Below, in pieces: positions 23,585 to 32,685 of a DNA stretch of 36,914 nucleotides (position 1 is its first letter; each line of letters begins with the position of its first letter). This DNA comes from Clostridia bacterium. GTDB lineage: Bacteria; Bacillota; Clostridia; Oscillospirales; Acutalibacteraceae. The position numbers and the translations under genes were made by a program. The stretch covers positions 1-36,914 of the forward strand of contig JAFRKM010000089.1 in assembly GCA_017431755.1 (NCBI GenBank). Reading direction: 5' to 3'. The notes under the pieces were generated by a model, which worked only from the letters and a program-made list of their open reading frames with translations, had not been told where the DNA came from and did not search any database.

Positions 23585-24781
23585 ATGGAGCGTATAATTA
23601 AATTTTCACCGCCGGATATTTCAGAAGATGATATACAAAGCGTGGTGGAAACTTTAAAATCAGGCTGGATAACCACCGGCCCTAAAACAAAACTTTTTGA
23701 AAATAAAATAGCTGAATATTGTGGTACAAAAAGAGCTGCAGCTCTTAATTCTGCCACAGCGTGTTTAGAGCTTACTTTAAGGCTTCTTGGAATAGGCCCT
23801 GGTGATGAAGTTATAACATGTGCGTACACATATACGGCTTCGTGCAGCGTGATTTGTCATGTTGGAGCAACGCCTGTTTTGGTAGATACTGGGGAAAATT
23901 CTTTTGAAATGGATTACGAAAAATTAGCAGATGTCATCACACCAAAAACAAAAGCCATTATTCCTGTAGATTTAGGTGGCGTGATGTGCGACTATGAAAA
24001 AATATTTGAAATAGTAAACAGCAAAAAAGCTATTTTTAAGCCAAACAATAAAATTCAAGAAAGTATCGGTAGAGTTATTGTTTTGGCGGATGGAGCACAT
24101 TCTTTTGGCGCGGAACAACGTGGTAAAAAATCGGGAAGTGTTGCGGATTTTACATGTTTTTCGTTTCATGCCGTTAAGAATCTTACAACGGCCGAAGGCG
24201 GAGCGGTAACATGGAAGCAAATAGAAGGTATTGACAGCGAAGAAATATACAAAGCTTATATGCTTTTGTCGCTTCATGGGCAGAATAAAGATGCTCTTGC
24301 GAAGACTAAACTCGGAGCTTGGAAATATGATATAATTTGGCCGGCGTATAAATGCAATATGACGGATATTTTAGCAGCACTTGGCCTTTCGCAGCTAGAA
24401 AGATACGATGGCTTATTAAAAAGGCGCAGAGACATTGTAAAAATGTACGATAGCGGTCTAAAAGATATGAATATTCAGCATTTAAACCACATTTCAGGTG
24501 ATAATTTATCGAGTTGCCATCTTTATATCACAAGGCTTCTTGGAAAGAGCTTGGAAGAAAGAAACGAATTCATTGAAAAGATGGCAAAAGTCGGCGTGCC
24601 TACAAATGTGCATTATCAATCATTACCACTTCTTACAGCGTATAAAAATCTAGGTTTTGACATAAAAGATTATCCAAATGCTTTTGATATGTACAAAAAT
24701 GAAGTGACTTTGCCGCTTCATACGCTTCTTTCTGATGAAGACGTAGAATATATTATTTCAAAAGTTAAGGAAAATATATAA
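23585..24781 (+). CDS. DegT/DnrJ/EryC1/StrS-family sugar aminotransferase (PLP-dependent)
   Basis: WITTGPKTKLFE, ALNSATACLELTL, ADGAHSFG, and the PLP-lysine motif FSFHAVKNLTTAEGGAV. Confidence 0.9.
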   Translation: MERIIKFSPPDISEDDIQSVVETLKSGWITTGPKTKLFENKIAEYCGTKRAAALNSATACLELTLRLLGIGPGDEVITCAYTYTASCSVICHVGATPVLVDTGENSFEMDYEKLADVITPKTKAIIPVDLGGVMCDYEKIFEIVNSKKAIFKPNNKIQESIGRVIVLADGAHSFGAEQRGKKSGSVADFTCFSFHAVKNLTTAEGGAVTWKQIEGIDSEEIYKAYMLLSLHGQNKDALAKTKLGAWKYDIIWPAYKCNMTDILAALGLSQLERYDGLLKRRRDIVKMYDSGLKDMNIQHLNHISGDNLSSCHLYITRLLGKSLEERNEFIEKMAKVGVPTNVHYQSLPLLTAYKNLGFDIKDYPNAFDMYKNEVTLPLHTLLSDEDVEYIISKVKENI

Positions 24782-24785
24782 TTTT

Positions 24786-26249
24786 TTGGAGGACACTGTT
24801 TTGTTTTGCTTAAAATCTGAGCTTAAACAGAGGCGATTAGATACTTCTTTTTTTAGAATAATGCTAATAGTTGTAATGTCGCTTGAAATGTTGGCGTTTA
24901 TTGACCTTTTTATGGGTGCGATTAAATGTCTGGTGGTTTTGTGGGGATTTTTTATATTTATAAATAATTTTTACAAAACTCGTAGATTTTTAAAAATAGA
25001 CCATAGATATCTTATATTTACGTTTCTTTTGTCAATGTGTATTACAGCTGTGGTTAATTTTAGCATATGGTTTGTACCTAATATAGCTCTTGTTTATATA
25101 AATGCTTCTTATTTTTTTATGTTTTACGGAATGTATACTGAAACGCCACACAAAAAAGCCGAAGAAGAAATGGTTTTTTTACTTAAGTTTTTTGTGTGGT
25201 TTGGGCTTATATGTGGATTTTTATCGCTTTGTTTTGTTTTTTTAAAAAATGAAACCTATATTTTTGGATATTATATTGGAATTTATAAAAATAGGTTAAT
25301 TGGAATATACAGCAATTCGAATATACTTGCTTTTTCTATGATTGAATGTGTTGTTGCTGCTGATATTTTATCTACTGAATACATTAAAAATAAATATAAA
25401 GATAAATATTTAAATGGTTTAGTTTTGTTATTAGCTGTGTTTATTAGTTGTGTATGCTTGTTTTTATCTGATTCCAATGCTTCATTTTTGTTTTTGATTA
25501 TTTATGTTACCATAAAGGTTTTTTGCAATTTATTTTTTAAAAGGGAATCATTTCATTTAATAAAATTTATTAAAAGCGTAGTTGTTACTCTTAGTGTTTG
25601 CATGGTTGTTATGTCCGTTTCATTTGCATTTAGAGATACGTGTCAAAAATATATTGGTGACTTTATAACCGGTGTATATAATCAAGAACAATTATTTAAA
25701 TATAACTTTGAAAATTTTAAAGGCGATATTATGAGGGAATTGCCAGAAAAAAAATTTGATTCTAAAAACGGTGAAAAAATTTCTGATTTTACTATTGGAA
25801 GGCATGAATCATATGACGTAAGTAGTGGCAGAATCTTGCTTTTTAAACAAGGTTTTAAGGTGTTTAAACATCATCCTATTTTTGGAGTGGGTAGAGCTAG
25901 CCTTACGTCTTATGGTAAAAAATATATTGAGGGCGGGCTTATAAACTTAGATCTTCATAATGCTTATTTGACTATTCTGGTCTGTTACGGTATAGTGGGG
26001 ATGGCTATTTTTGGTTTGTTCTCTTTTGTGGTAGCTGTGGATATTTGCAAACATTTGTTTGTTTGTTTTAATAAGCCATATTATGGTGTTTTTGTTAGAA
26101 TTTTTTCTGCCTTAGTAGCGTATTGTGGGTATTGTATATTTGAAAAAGCTATTTTATTTGATGTTACTTTTATGGTTGGATTCTTTTGGATTATGCTTGG
26201 TTATGCGCTTTCTTATATACATAATTTTGAAAAACCGGCAGAACAATAA
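24786..26249 (+). CDS. O-antigen ligase-like / Wzy_C family polytopic membrane protein
   Basis: About 10-12 TM helices. A periplasmic-type loop is followed by HPIFGVGRASL...DLHNAYLTILVCYGIVG, typical of WaaL/PglL-type Wzy_C proteins. TTG at 24801, 8 nt after ggagg, is a likelier start than TTG at 24786. Confidence 0.7.
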   Translation: MEDTVLFCLKSELKQRRLDTSFFRIMLIVVMSLEMLAFIDLFMGAIKCLVVLWGFFIFINNFYKTRRFLKIDHRYLIFTFLLSMCITAVVNFSIWFVPNIALVYINASYFFMFYGMYTETPHKKAEEEMVFLLKFFVWFGLICGFLSLCFVFLKNETYIFGYYIGIYKNRLIGIYSNSNILAFSMIECVVAADILSTEYIKNKYKDKYLNGLVLLLAVFISCVCLFLSDSNASFLFLIIYVTIKVFCNLFFKRESFHLIKFIKSVVVTLSVCMVVMSVSFAFRDTCQKYIGDFITGVYNQEQLFKYNFENFKGDIMRELPEKKFDSKNGEKISDFTIGRHESYDVSSGRILLFKQGFKVFKHHPIFGVGRASLTSYGKKYIEGGLINLDLHNAYLTILVCYGIVGMAIFGLFSFVVAVDICKHLFVCFNKPYYGVFVRIFSALVAYCGYCIFEKAILFDVTFMVGFFWIMLGYALSYIHNFEKPAEQ

Positions 26250-26265
26250 TTTATAAAGAGGTGAT

Positions 26266-27102
26266 TTGGTGTTAAATATAGGATGTCATTTATCTTCTGC
26301 AGATGGATTTAAAGCTATGGCGCTTACTGCCAAAAAGATAGGTGCAAATACTTTTCAGTATTTTACAAGGAATCCCAGGGGTTGTGTGGCTAAGCCGATT
26401 GATAAGGAAGATATAAGTGAATTTTTTAAAATTTATAAAGAAGAAAATTTTGCACCAATTGTAGCTCATTGTCCATATACACTAAATTTATGTTCAGCTA
26501 AGGAGAATATTAGAAATTTTTCAAAAAGCGTTTTTAAAGATGATATAACTCGTACAGATTTAATACCTGGCAGTTTTTATAATTTTCATCCTGGTAGCCA
26601 TACAGGTCAAGGAGTGGAAATAGGGATAAAGCAAATTTGTAATGCGCTTAACGAAATTATTACTCCAGAGCAAAAAACCACTATTTTGTTGGAAACTATG
26701 GCAGGAAAAGGTAGCGAAATAGGTGGCAAATTTGAAGAGCTCAGAAAAATAATTGATAATATTAATATAAAAGAAAAAATTGGGGTTTGTTTGGATACTT
26801 GTCATATTTTTGATGGTGGATATGATATTGTTTCTAATCTTGAAGGAGTTATAGAAGAGTTTGATAAAGTAATAGGATTTGATCGTTTGTATGTTATTCA
26901 TTTGAACGATAGTAAAAACATTCTTGGAAGCAAAAAAGATAGGCATGAAATGATAGGTAAAGGAAATATTGGCATAAAAGCAATAGAAAAAATTATTAAT
27001 CATAGTAAATTTAAAGATCTTGTTTTTATTCTTGAAACGCCTCAGGAATCTCTTAGCGGATATGCCAAAGAAATTGAAATGCTAAAAAATTTTAGAAAAT
27101 AA
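26266..27102 (+). CDS. nfo: Deoxyribonuclease IV (endonuclease IV)
   Basis: Endo IV motifs AHCPYTLNL, NFHPGSH, LETMAGKG, CLDTCHIF, IHLNDSKN, KDRHEMIGKGNIG, ILETP. Confidence 0.9.
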   Translation: MVLNIGCHLSSADGFKAMALTAKKIGANTFQYFTRNPRGCVAKPIDKEDISEFFKIYKEENFAPIVAHCPYTLNLCSAKENIRNFSKSVFKDDITRTDLIPGSFYNFHPGSHTGQGVEIGIKQICNALNEIITPEQKTTILLETMAGKGSEIGGKFEELRKIIDNINIKEKIGVCLDTCHIFDGGYDIVSNLEGVIEEFDKVIGFDRLYVIHLNDSKNILGSKKDRHEMIGKGNIGIKAIEKIINHSKFKDLVFILETPQESLSGYAKEIEMLKNFRK

Positions 27103-27125
27103 ATTTATTTTAGAGGATACGCAAA

Positions 27126-30100
27126 ATGGATAAAGAACTAAAAAAAAATTATAAAGGTGGAAAAATAAGCGAAATTGTTATTTCGTCTGTAATGCCGTTT
27201 TTAAATAAACTGAAAAAAAATGGAATTAAAAAGATTCTTGGTGAGTTTTTGCCTGGAATAGATATTAATAATTTTGTGCTTGAAAAAATAAAAAATCAGC
27301 TATCCAAAAGGCGTGCTGTGGGACTTGGTAAGGGCCTTGGAAGAGTTTATATTCAGTATCGTTTTGATGGTATACAAGTAGAACCATGTGGTGTTTTACG
27401 ATTTCTTATTAAAAAAATAACGATTACTGATGATCAGATTTTAAAATCTTTTGATGATATTTTAGACCAAATTGAAGAAAAGTATATAAAAAATAGCGAT
27501 TATATTATTAGTGAAATAGATGATATAATATTTAATCTTTCCGAGACGGAAATTTATAAACCGAAAACCTCAGAGCAGAAGAATCTGTATGATTTAGCAG
27601 TGTTTATACTTGCTAATTATTATGAATCTTTCGAAGAAAAGCCAGCATGGCTAACCGGTGCTTTTGAAAATATAAAAAAGGGTAAGTTTATTAAAAAATG
27701 GATTGAATTTTTAGCTGAGTATATTTCTGAACTGATTTCAGAGGTAAGCGAAAACATATTTATTAATTTTAAAGTTACTTTTGATTCTTACCTTATTAGG
27801 ACATTTCTTAATAAAAAAACTAATCGTGGACAAATTTCTAAAATGATTAAACTTTTTAATATAGATGTTAAAAAAATAATTTATAATTTTGCAAAAAGTT
27901 ATGTAAGCCCAAGTTTTATAAGAGGTGCAAGTGAAGTTATTTTAGAAATGTTTTCAAACTTTTTAAGTGATGAAAATAGTATTTTAGAAGAAAGTGCAAA
28001 TGATGAAAACAAGCCATTTAATTTTACTGTGTCCCTTGGGAATGATGCTCTTAGCGAAAGAAGATTCAGATGGTACACTAAATATTTGGAGAAAAATAGC
28101 TATTTAGAGTATTCATACAATAAAGATTTTAATAACAGTATAAAATTAAATGTAAACCCAAGTAAAAGTTTAAAACTTATTCCTGTTTTGAACTTTGGTT
28201 TGGTGTCTAAATTTAAAGTAAAGCAATTTTTTAAATATTCTTGCACTATTAAAAATTTAAATCCAGGAACATTATATTATAGAGTGATTTCAGAAAATAA
28301 TGATAGCACAGAGGTTTTTAAACTTAAAATTAAAAGCTTTTCAAATAGATCAAAATTTCTGATTTTATCAGATTCTCAAGGTATGGTAAAAAGCGATTAT
28401 GATGTGTTTTTAGAAATGCTTGAATCAGCGGTGAAAAACACGCCGGATAGTGACTTTATAGTTCATTTGGGAGATTTTGTTGATGATGGAAATAATGAAG
28501 AATTTTGGCGCTGGATTTTAGATTCTAAGGTTTGGGCTGAAAATGCAGTTATTCCTTTAAGCGGTAATCATGAAGCGCGTGTTAATGCTTTATCCTACAA
28601 AAACGGAATAGAAAATTCTGTGTTATCACACTTTAATTTTATGGATTTCCCAAATCAAAATACGGATTCAGGGGCATATTATTCATTTGTTTATAATAAT
28701 ATTACTTTTATAGTTTTAAATACAAATATGGGTAGGGAAGGAACGCTTGATTCCAGGCAATATAGATGGGCGTTAAATACTGCAAAAAAAGCAAAGACTC
28801 CTTGGAAAATACTTCTTACTCATAAAACTCCGTATTCCAATGGTCCGCATCATAATGACCCAGATGTTAAAGCTATAGGCAAACAAATTATAAATTTAGC
28901 TTATGAGGGGAAAATAGATTTGGTTTTTGGTGGGCACGACCATGTTTACGTAAGAACTCCAATGTTGGCTTATGATAAGAAAATTTTTTCAGAAAAAACA
29001 AAAAATGAAGAAGGAAAAACTGTGATTAAAACTTATTTTAACCCAGAAGGAACAGTGTATATAACCCCGGGTACTTCTGGTGTTAAGAATTATATGCAGA
29101 AATTTCCTGTTTCTTTTCCATATGATGCTATGATTAAACTAAACGGCCCTGTTTATTCTGAGGTGGAAGTTGATGATAATGTACTGAAATTTAGCTCTTT
29201 TTTGTGGGATAAAAAAAGTAAAAATTTTAAAAAAATTGATTTTTTAAGTTTGAAAAAATGTGATCTAGATTTAACGCATATTGATGGGTTTAAAGTTTCT
29301 AGGTTTATAAATAATATTCCTGATTATCCTTGGCGAGATATTAGTTTTTCTGTGAATAGAGTAGCCAAGCTTTACGAAAGTTTGGATTATTCCGAAAAGG
29401 TAAAAATAAATAATTACTCTTATCTTTTAAAATCTTTAAAAAATAATGAAAACTACAAAAAAATAATAAAAAGCGAAATAAGAACAGTAAAAAACAAAAA
29501 AGAGTTTATAAAAGCACTTAGTAACAAAAAAGTTGGGACAATAATTGCCGATTGCGAAGAAATTAAGTTTGAAAGTAAGCTAGTGATTGATAGGCCTCTA
29601 TGTATACGTGGAGAAGCAAAATTTACGCATGTAAAATTTATTTTACAAGAAAACGCTTTCGTAATTTTTGCAGACAGCATTTGTATAGACAATATAAGAA
29701 AACCATTTTCTTTGTGTAGTTCTTTAGACTGTTTTGAAATGCACAGTAAAAGTATTTTAATTTTAAATGATAATGTATCTGTTAATACTGGATATGGAAT
29801 AGGGTTTAAAGGATATGGTATAAATATAGTTGGTGAAAAAGTTGGAGTTTACCTTAATAGTTCAAGCTATAATATTACAAAAAATAGTTTTTTGCATTCT
29901 AGTTTTTATGACTCTAAAGTGGTGGTTACTTCCGGAAAGTATTTTTCATTAGGTAAAACCCCAACAATTAATATAGATGGTTATTTAAAAATTAAAGGTG
30001 GATTTATTAGAAATATAAAAGGGTCTTTTAATTCAAACATAACTATTGATGGAGGAATAATAGGAGTAAAAGATAAAAATGAATGTTTGATTCCACTTGA

Positions 30101-30242
30101 ATGCACAGGGTGTTTGAGTTTAGAATCCGGAAAAATTCGGGCAAACAGTAATGGTATTTCAGTTAAGACGGGTAAATGGCAGGAAAACAATTTAAAACCG
30201 CCTAAGTCTGTTGAAATAACAGGCGAAATTTGGTATACTTAA
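27126..30242 (+). CDS. Large multidomain calcineurin-like metallophosphoesterase (purple-acid-phosphatase-like core)
   Basis: FN3-like PAP N-domain (NLNPGTLYYRV). Metallophosphoesterase motifs ILSDSQG, HLGDFVDDG, SGNHE, LLTHKTPY, GGHDHVY. The N-terminal ~330 aa are unrecognised. The C-terminal ~300 aa are repetitive and beta-rich (possibly a beta-helix). Confidence 0.8.
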   Translation: MDKELKKNYKGGKISEIVISSVMPFLNKLKKNGIKKILGEFLPGIDINNFVLEKIKNQLSKRRAVGLGKGLGRVYIQYRFDGIQVEPCGVLRFLIKKITITDDQILKSFDDILDQIEEKYIKNSDYIISEIDDIIFNLSETEIYKPKTSEQKNLYDLAVFILANYYESFEEKPAWLTGAFENIKKGKFIKKWIEFLAEYISELISEVSENIFINFKVTFDSYLIRTFLNKKTNRGQISKMIKLFNIDVKKIIYNFAKSYVSPSFIRGASEVILEMFSNFLSDENSILEESANDENKPFNFTVSLGNDALSERRFRWYTKYLEKNSYLEYSYNKDFNNSIKLNVNPSKSLKLIPVLNFGLVSKFKVKQFFKYSCTIKNLNPGTLYYRVISENNDSTEVFKLKIKSFSNRSKFLILSDSQGMVKSDYDVFLEMLESAVKNTPDSDFIVHLGDFVDDGNNEEFWRWILDSKVWAENAVIPLSGNHEARVNALSYKNGIENSVLSHFNFMDFPNQNTDSGAYYSFVYNNITFIVLNTNMGREGTLDSRQYRWALNTAKKAKTPWKILLTHKTPYSNGPHHNDPDVKAIGKQIINLAYEGKIDLVFGGHDHVYVRTPMLAYDKKIFSEKTKNEEGKTVIKTYFNPEGTVYITPGTSGVKNYMQKFPVSFPYDAMIKLNGPVYSEVEVDDNVLKFSSFLWDKKSKNFKKIDFLSLKKCDLDLTHIDGFKVSRFINNIPDYPWRDISFSVNRVAKLYESLDYSEKVKINNYSYLLKSLKNNENYKKIIKSEIRTVKNKKEFIKALSNKKVGTIIADCEEIKFESKLVIDRPLCIRGEAKFTHVKFILQENAFVIFADSICIDNIRKPFSLCSSLDCFEMHSKSILILNDNVSVNTGYGIGFKGYGINIVGEKVGVYLNSSSYNITKNSFLHSSFYDSKVVVTSGKYFSLGKTPTINIDGYLKIKGGFIRNIKGSFNSNITIDGGIIGVKDKNECLIPLECTGCLSLESGKIRANSNGISVKTGKWQENNLKPPKSVEITGEIWYT

Positions 30243-30271
30243 GCTTATAATTAGTGTGGAGGGACATTAAC

Positions 30272-31213
30272 ATGAATGAATATAAAAGATTAAATACAAA
30301 AGACAAGGCAGTGCTCAAAGTGTGTAAAGTTGTAAAAAAATCAACTGGTAAAAGCCTGAAATGGACGTTTATTTATAGTGGAATATTTTTGGCTTTTGTT
30401 GTTGGTGTTTTTATGTTTTATAAATTTGTAGATAGTAATTATAAAAATAACGGTGAAGTAGAAATAGAAGGTATAAATTCACAATCTAAGATGAATTCTA
30501 AAGATGTTTCTGATTTAGATGAACTTTCTAAAAATGAACTTGAAAGAGAATCAGGAAAAATAGAAAAATTAGAATCAGAACTAAATAAAGATGAAACCGA
30601 AGGAGATGGATCATCAGGATTTAAAAAATCTTATAATTTTTCCGATTGGAATGCTTCTTGTGATTTTGAAATGTTAGTAATTAATAAAGATAACCCAATT
30701 TCAGAAAGTTTGAAAATTAAAACGAAAAATTGCAAAGGTAAAGAAGTAGCAATTCAATGTTCAGCTGATCTTGAAAATATGATAGAAGATGCAAAAAAAG
30801 ATGGGATTAATCTTTGGATTTCTTCGGGATATAGGGATATAGCGCTGCAGAAAAAACTTTTTGACAGACAAGTGGAAAGGCAAAAAAACAAAGAGGTAAT
30901 TTCTCAAGCAGAAGCCGAAGAACGTGCGGCCACAGTAGTTGCAAAGCCATATACAAGTGAACATAATACGGGTTTAGCGGTGGATTTTAATGGTGTGGAA
31001 GATAATTTTTATACAACCAAAGAGTACAAGTGGCTTATAAATAATGCTCATAAATATGGTTTTATTGAAAGATATCAGGTGAAATGGCAAAATGTTACAG
31101 GAGTTATTTATGAACCTTGGCATTTCAGATATGTAGGCAAAAAATATGCGCCACTTATTAAAGACAGTGGTTTATGTTTAGAAAAATATGTTGCAGAAAA
31201 ATTGATGAAATAA
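30272..31213 (+). CDS. D-alanyl-D-alanine carboxypeptidase, VanY/M15B family, membrane-anchored
   Basis: TM anchor WTFIYSGIFLAFVVGVFMFY. Zn-ligand motifs SGYRD, SEHNTGLAVDF, EPWHFRYVG. ATG at 30272 is 8 nt after ggaggg; the ORF track GTG at 30254 is in frame. Confidence 0.85.
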   Translation: MNEYKRLNTKDKAVLKVCKVVKKSTGKSLKWTFIYSGIFLAFVVGVFMFYKFVDSNYKNNGEVEIEGINSQSKMNSKDVSDLDELSKNELERESGKIEKLESELNKDETEGDGSSGFKKSYNFSDWNASCDFEMLVINKDNPISESLKIKTKNCKGKEVAIQCSADLENMIEDAKKDGINLWISSGYRDIALQKKLFDRQVERQKNKEVISQAEAEERAATVVAKPYTSEHNTGLAVDFNGVEDNFYTTKEYKWLINNAHKYGFIERYQVKWQNVTGVIYEPWHFRYVGKKYAPLIKDSGLCLEKYVAEKLMK

Positions 31214-31236
31214 AAATTTTAAAGGAGAAATATAAA

Positions 31237-32673
31237 GTGGATAAAGTTAGAACGCGTTTTGCACCAAGCCCCACCGGATATATGCATATTGGAAATTTAA
31301 GAACAGCGCTTTATGAATATTTAATAGCTAAATCAAACGGTGGCGATTTTATCTTAAGAATTGAAGATACTGATAAAGCCAGATATGTTGAAGGGGCAGA
31401 GAAAGTAATATATAATACTTTAAAATCAGTGGGATTAAAACATGATGAAGGCCCAGATATTGGTGGAAATTATGGCCCGTATGTTCAAAGTGAGCGTAAG
31501 GGTGATTATTTAACATATGCTAAAAAGCTTGTGGAAAGTGGCGCTGCTTATTATTGCTTTTGTGATAAAGAAGAAAACAGCGGTGAACATTTGGAGTCGG
31601 GTCATAAAGATAAATGCAGAGACTTAAGCTCTGAGGAAATTAAAAAAAATCTAGAACTAAATATTCCTTATACAATAAGACAAAAAATGCCGGTAGAAGG
31701 TGTTACAACGTTTAAAGATGTGGTTTTTGGAGAAGTTGTGGTAGAAAATAAAGAACTTGAAGATCAGATTTTAATTAAAAGTGATGGTTTTCCAACTTAT
31801 AATTTTGCAAATGTGGTTGACGACCATGAAATGTGTATAACACACGTTGTAAGGGGATGTGAATATCTTTCTTCTACGCCAAAATATAATCTTTTGTATA
31901 AAGCGCTAGGCTGGAAAATTCCTGTTTATGTTCATTTACCGCTTATTATGGGCAAAGATGAAAATGGTACGGTATCTAAGCTTTCTAAGCGCCATGGTGC
32001 GGTCAGTTTTGAAGATTTGGTAAAAATGGGTTATCTTCCGGAGGCGATTATTAATTACATAGCGTTTTTAGGGTGGTGCCCGGATAGTAATAAAGAAATT
32101 TTTAGTTTAACGGAACTTGTTAAAGAATTTTCGGCGCAAAGAATTAGCAAATCCCCTGCAGTTTTTGATTATAAAAAATTGGATTGGTACAATAGCGAAT
32201 ATTTAAAATTAAAAAGCGAAGAAGATTTTGAAAATCTTGCCCTGCCATATATAAATTTAGTAGTTGATAGTAGTGTTTGTGATACTTCTAAAATAGCAAA
32301 ACTTTTAAAAAATAGAATTTCTAAACTTAGTGAAATTCCTGATATGATAGATTTTTTTGCCCGTGTGGCGAAATATGATTTAAGTCTTTATACAAATAAA
32401 AAAAGCAAAACAAACTCAGAAATTTCTAAATCAGTTTTGATTGATATTAAAACAGAACTTGAAAAACTAAGAAGTTGGGATTATGATTCTTTGCATGAGT
32501 TGTTTATGGATTATGCAAAAGAAAAAGAATTAAAAAACGGCACTGTTATGTGGCCTGTGAGAATAGCAATTTCGGGTAAACAAATGACACCCGGAGGAGC
32601 TATTGAAATATTAGAAATACTTGGTAAAGAAGAGTCTTTAAAACGCATAGAAAACGCCATTAATTTGTTGTAG
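31237..32673 (+). CDS. gltX: Glutamate--tRNA ligase
   Basis: RFAPSPTGYMHIGNLRTA (HIGH motif), VSKLSKRHG (KMSKS motif), Cys cluster CFCDK...C. GTG at 31237 is 9 nt after aaggag; the ORF track ATG at 31174 would overlap the VanY gene. Confidence 0.95.
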   Translation: MDKVRTRFAPSPTGYMHIGNLRTALYEYLIAKSNGGDFILRIEDTDKARYVEGAEKVIYNTLKSVGLKHDEGPDIGGNYGPYVQSERKGDYLTYAKKLVESGAAYYCFCDKEENSGEHLESGHKDKCRDLSSEEIKKNLELNIPYTIRQKMPVEGVTTFKDVVFGEVVVENKELEDQILIKSDGFPTYNFANVVDDHEMCITHVVRGCEYLSSTPKYNLLYKALGWKIPVYVHLPLIMGKDENGTVSKLSKRHGAVSFEDLVKMGYLPEAIINYIAFLGWCPDSNKEIFSLTELVKEFSAQRISKSPAVFDYKKLDWYNSEYLKLKSEEDFENLALPYINLVVDSSVCDTSKIAKLLKNRISKLSEIPDMIDFFARVAKYDLSLYTNKKSKTNSEISKSVLIDIKTELEKLRSWDYDSLHELFMDYAKEKELKNGTVMWPVRIAISGKQMTPGGAIEILEILGKEESLKRIENAINLL

Positions 32674-32685
32674 GGAGGGAAGGCT

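Noticed and set aside
26560-27003. 147-aa minus-strand ORF antisense to nfo
   Set aside because: The nfo frame carries the full set of endonuclease IV motifs. The antisense product is an F/N/I/Y-rich shadow.
31174-31236. N-terminal extension of GluRS from the ORF-track start at 31174
   Set aside because: It would overlap the VanY gene by 40 nt and add a non-conserved Cys/Lys-rich peptide. GTG at 31237 has a good SD (aaggag), and the protein then begins at the conserved VRTRFAPSPTG.
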